From: Spirochaetia bacterium
Lineage (GTDB): Bacteria > Spirochaetota > Spirochaetia > DSM-27196 > Salinispiraceae
Assembly: GCA_038204425.1 (NCBI GenBank)
Contig: JBBRCZ010000014.1
Span: forward strand, 1 to 64,000
Length of the DNA: 64,000 nt
Reading direction: 5' to 3'
Shown here: piece by piece, positions 62,069 through 64,000 of the stretch
Numbering within the stretch: position 1 is the first letter of the stretch
Layout: each line of letters begins with the position of its first letter
Position numbers and translations under genes: made by a program
Notes under the pieces: generated by a model
What the model saw: only the letters and a program-made list of their open reading frames with translations
What the model was told of the DNA's origin: nothing
The model's database searches: none

Positions 62069-62626
62069 ATGAAAAAAAGTATGTTGCGCACCGTGCTAAT
62101 TGCGGTCGCTATTCTCGCAGCACCGGTAACCGTTTTTGCTGGCGGTGCGGGTGAGACCCGTGAGATTACCCAACGAGAGGATGGCTACCGACAGGTCATT
62201 ATAGCGAACAACAATACAAAGTTTGCTTGGAAGCTCGCAGGAGATAGCGTGTACTTTGAGCTTTCTGCTCCAGCCGCTGGGTGGGTGGCTATAGGTCTCA
62301 ATCCGACATTTGTGATGGAGAAAGCCGATTTTCTGATTGCGTATGTTGACGCAAGCGGGGTTAAAGCGCGAGACGATTTTGGCATTAGCGCATTTAGCCA
62401 TAGATCCGATTTGACATTGGGTGGCACGGATGATTTCTCTGATTTATCGGGTGTGGAAGAAAATGGAATTACAATGGTAAGATTTTCTCGCAAACTCAAT
62501 AGCGGCGACAAATTTGACAGTGTAATTGATCCGGAAACTGAGCAAGTTATCTTATTGGCTTTTAGCAATACTGACGACTTTACATCATACCATGTTTGGA
62601 AAACCAAGTTAAAAATTAAGCTTTAG
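62069..62626 (+). CDS. Secreted DOMON-domain protein
   Basis: Signal peptide; GWVAIG..M..AD; F.RKL..GD..D; C-terminal YH. Confidence 0.8.
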   Translation: MKKSMLRTVLIAVAILAAPVTVFAGGAGETREITQREDGYRQVIIANNNTKFAWKLAGDSVYFELSAPAAGWVAIGLNPTFVMEKADFLIAYVDASGVKARDDFGISAFSHRSDLTLGGTDDFSDLSGVEENGITMVRFSRKLNSGDKFDSVIDPETEQVILLAFSNTDDFTSYHVWKTKLKIKL

Positions 62627-62901
62627 AATACGGAACTGCTCCGGTCTATTTTGAAATGGAAGCAATCTTGGTGAAACTTTTTCACCAAGTGCATTACAAA
62701 TTTGCGCAAATTACGAAAGCTAAGCAGTATCTTGAGGATCTTGTCTGCTTTTTGAGCCCCGTTAAGACACTAAATCAGAGTCTATCGTTTTGAACGATGG
62801 CGTTGCCGGAAAGTTTGGTAGGAATAGTTAATTGGATGGTGGAATCAGTTGTAGCTTGGGGCAAAACCCGAGTTACGGCGGAAAATTGCCAAATTCCAAA
62901 A

Positions 62902-63468
62902 ATGACAGTACCTATCCGCAAAGTATTTTACCAACACTCAGCATATTTGTAGCTCTGTTGACGTTAGGTTGCGCAAGAAATGAGCATAACAAGCTATCAG
63001 CTTCATTCAAAATCCATTTATCACAGTATATCTACCTGCTTCATACCGTGATAACGGAGTTCAACAATGGTGAGAAGCCTTTACAAGCAATTTTTCAAAG
63101 CAGGCTTAGAAGAAATGAACAAAGTCACTTTGATGGCTTTACTATCAGCAGCCGGACCGGCAATGGCGGAACCAGCCCCTTACGATTGGTATCCAGAGTT
63201 TTCTGGGGATGAAATTTACAATCTTATCATCAATACCATAAAGGACAATCTGCTAGTGGAGAGCAAATTAATTGAGAACTACCTTAGATCGCGGCAAAAA
63301 GTTATTTTTCAGCTTTCATGCGGAGATGCTGATGACTTGGTGTTATTGAACCAAAGGTTAAATATGGTTTTACAACAACACGGTATCCCTTGTACTTTTA
63401 ACATCCACAAAGGCGGCCATAGCATCGATCTAGAAGAACGAAAAATCAATATAGTGCCTTTTTTATGA
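62902..63468 (+). pseudogene. Possible fragmented esterase (alpha/beta hydrolase) lipoprotein
   Basis: LLTLGC and YIYLLH in one frame; CGDADDL..HGIP..GGHS in another; no GxSxG seen. Confidence 0.4.
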
Positions 63469-63659
63469 AGCTTGCTCATTAAATATCAATTTTTAAAGGC
63501 GTTTGCAGGCATAATTTACCGGATTAGCAACAACGACAGCAAGGTTTGGCTGCGCCAGCTTTTAAAAAGTCGGAAATAGAACGGCTTTTGAATGGTTTGG
63601 ATCACAATTGTGCGCTAATCTGATAGTAGTAATGTGAGGAAAAGACAAGGAGACAGAAA

Positions 63660-64000
63660 ATGAAGAATAGAATAGCACTCCACGCTTTGGCGGTGGTTTT
63701 TTTGAGCGTGTTCCTTCTGGCAGAGTTTGCTTGTTCCTTACCCAATCACGGCGGGAGTGCTAGCATAAGTCTGTCGATTGCTCGAGGTCAGTCTCGTAGT
63801 CTGCTTGCAAATACTGAGATTAAATCTTTCCAAATAACTGTTTCTGCAGACAACGAAGTTCTGAATAAACTTGCGTTTTCTGAAACCACTATTAGCTTCG
63901 ATGTGGAAGCAGGCCCCGATAGAGTTTTTCTTCTGGAGGCCTTTGACACCGCTGGTGCATTGGGCATGTTGCTCTACACGGGTTCAACGACAGCCACCCT
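63660..64000 (+). CDS. Putative lipoprotein, truncated by the window end
   Basis: SD AAGGAG; MKNRIALHALAVVFLSVFLLAEFAC; frame stays open to 64000. Confidence 0.7.
   Translation, partial: MKNRIALHALAVVFLSVFLLAEFACSLPNHGGSASISLSIARGQSRSLLANTEIKSFQITVSADNEVLNKLAFSETTISFDVEAGPDRVFLLEAFDTAGALGMLLYTGSTTAT

Overview
Chromosomal window of a spirochaete-like bacterium. The taxonomy is inferred from tuf heading the S10-spc-alpha cluster, spirochaete-type L36/RpoA sequences, and many spirochaetal lipoprotein signal peptides. The centre (28.8-42.9 kb) holds tuf plus the S10/spc/alpha ribosomal-protein superoperon. The left flank carries surface lipoproteins (InlB B-repeat, BspA-LRR, chitobiase-type and propeller domains), an OmpA-family gene and a decayed paralogue, a Crp-box-preceded rhodanese/CoA-disulfide reductase-SirA-DsrE operon, an ABC exporter pair, birA, a TIGR04255-like gene, plsY with a divergent DAK2-DegV fusion, a GGDEF protein, rlmD, a Cys/Met PLP enzyme, a collapsed ilvE remnant, a WD40-caspase, arsM and DUF3095. 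The right flank carries an acidic-repeat membrane protein, rnhA, comM, htrA, sugar ABC permeases, cysM with a YeeE/YedE pair, a YesM-type kinase, a beta-helix protein, two Gfo/Idh/MocA enzymes, arfB and a DOMON protein. I found no CRISPR array, tRNA, rRNA or transposase. Best candidates for something undescribed: (1) a ~390-nt multi-stem leader upstream of tuf whose last domain pairs with the tuf Shine-Dalgarno, plus a terminator between tuf and rpsJ; (2) a recurring promoter-6-to-8-nt-ATG (leaderless) layout; (3) a dense hairpin cluster at the left edge; (4) several genes shortened by frame-preserving internal deletions. All family calls come from motif recognition by eye, not database searches.
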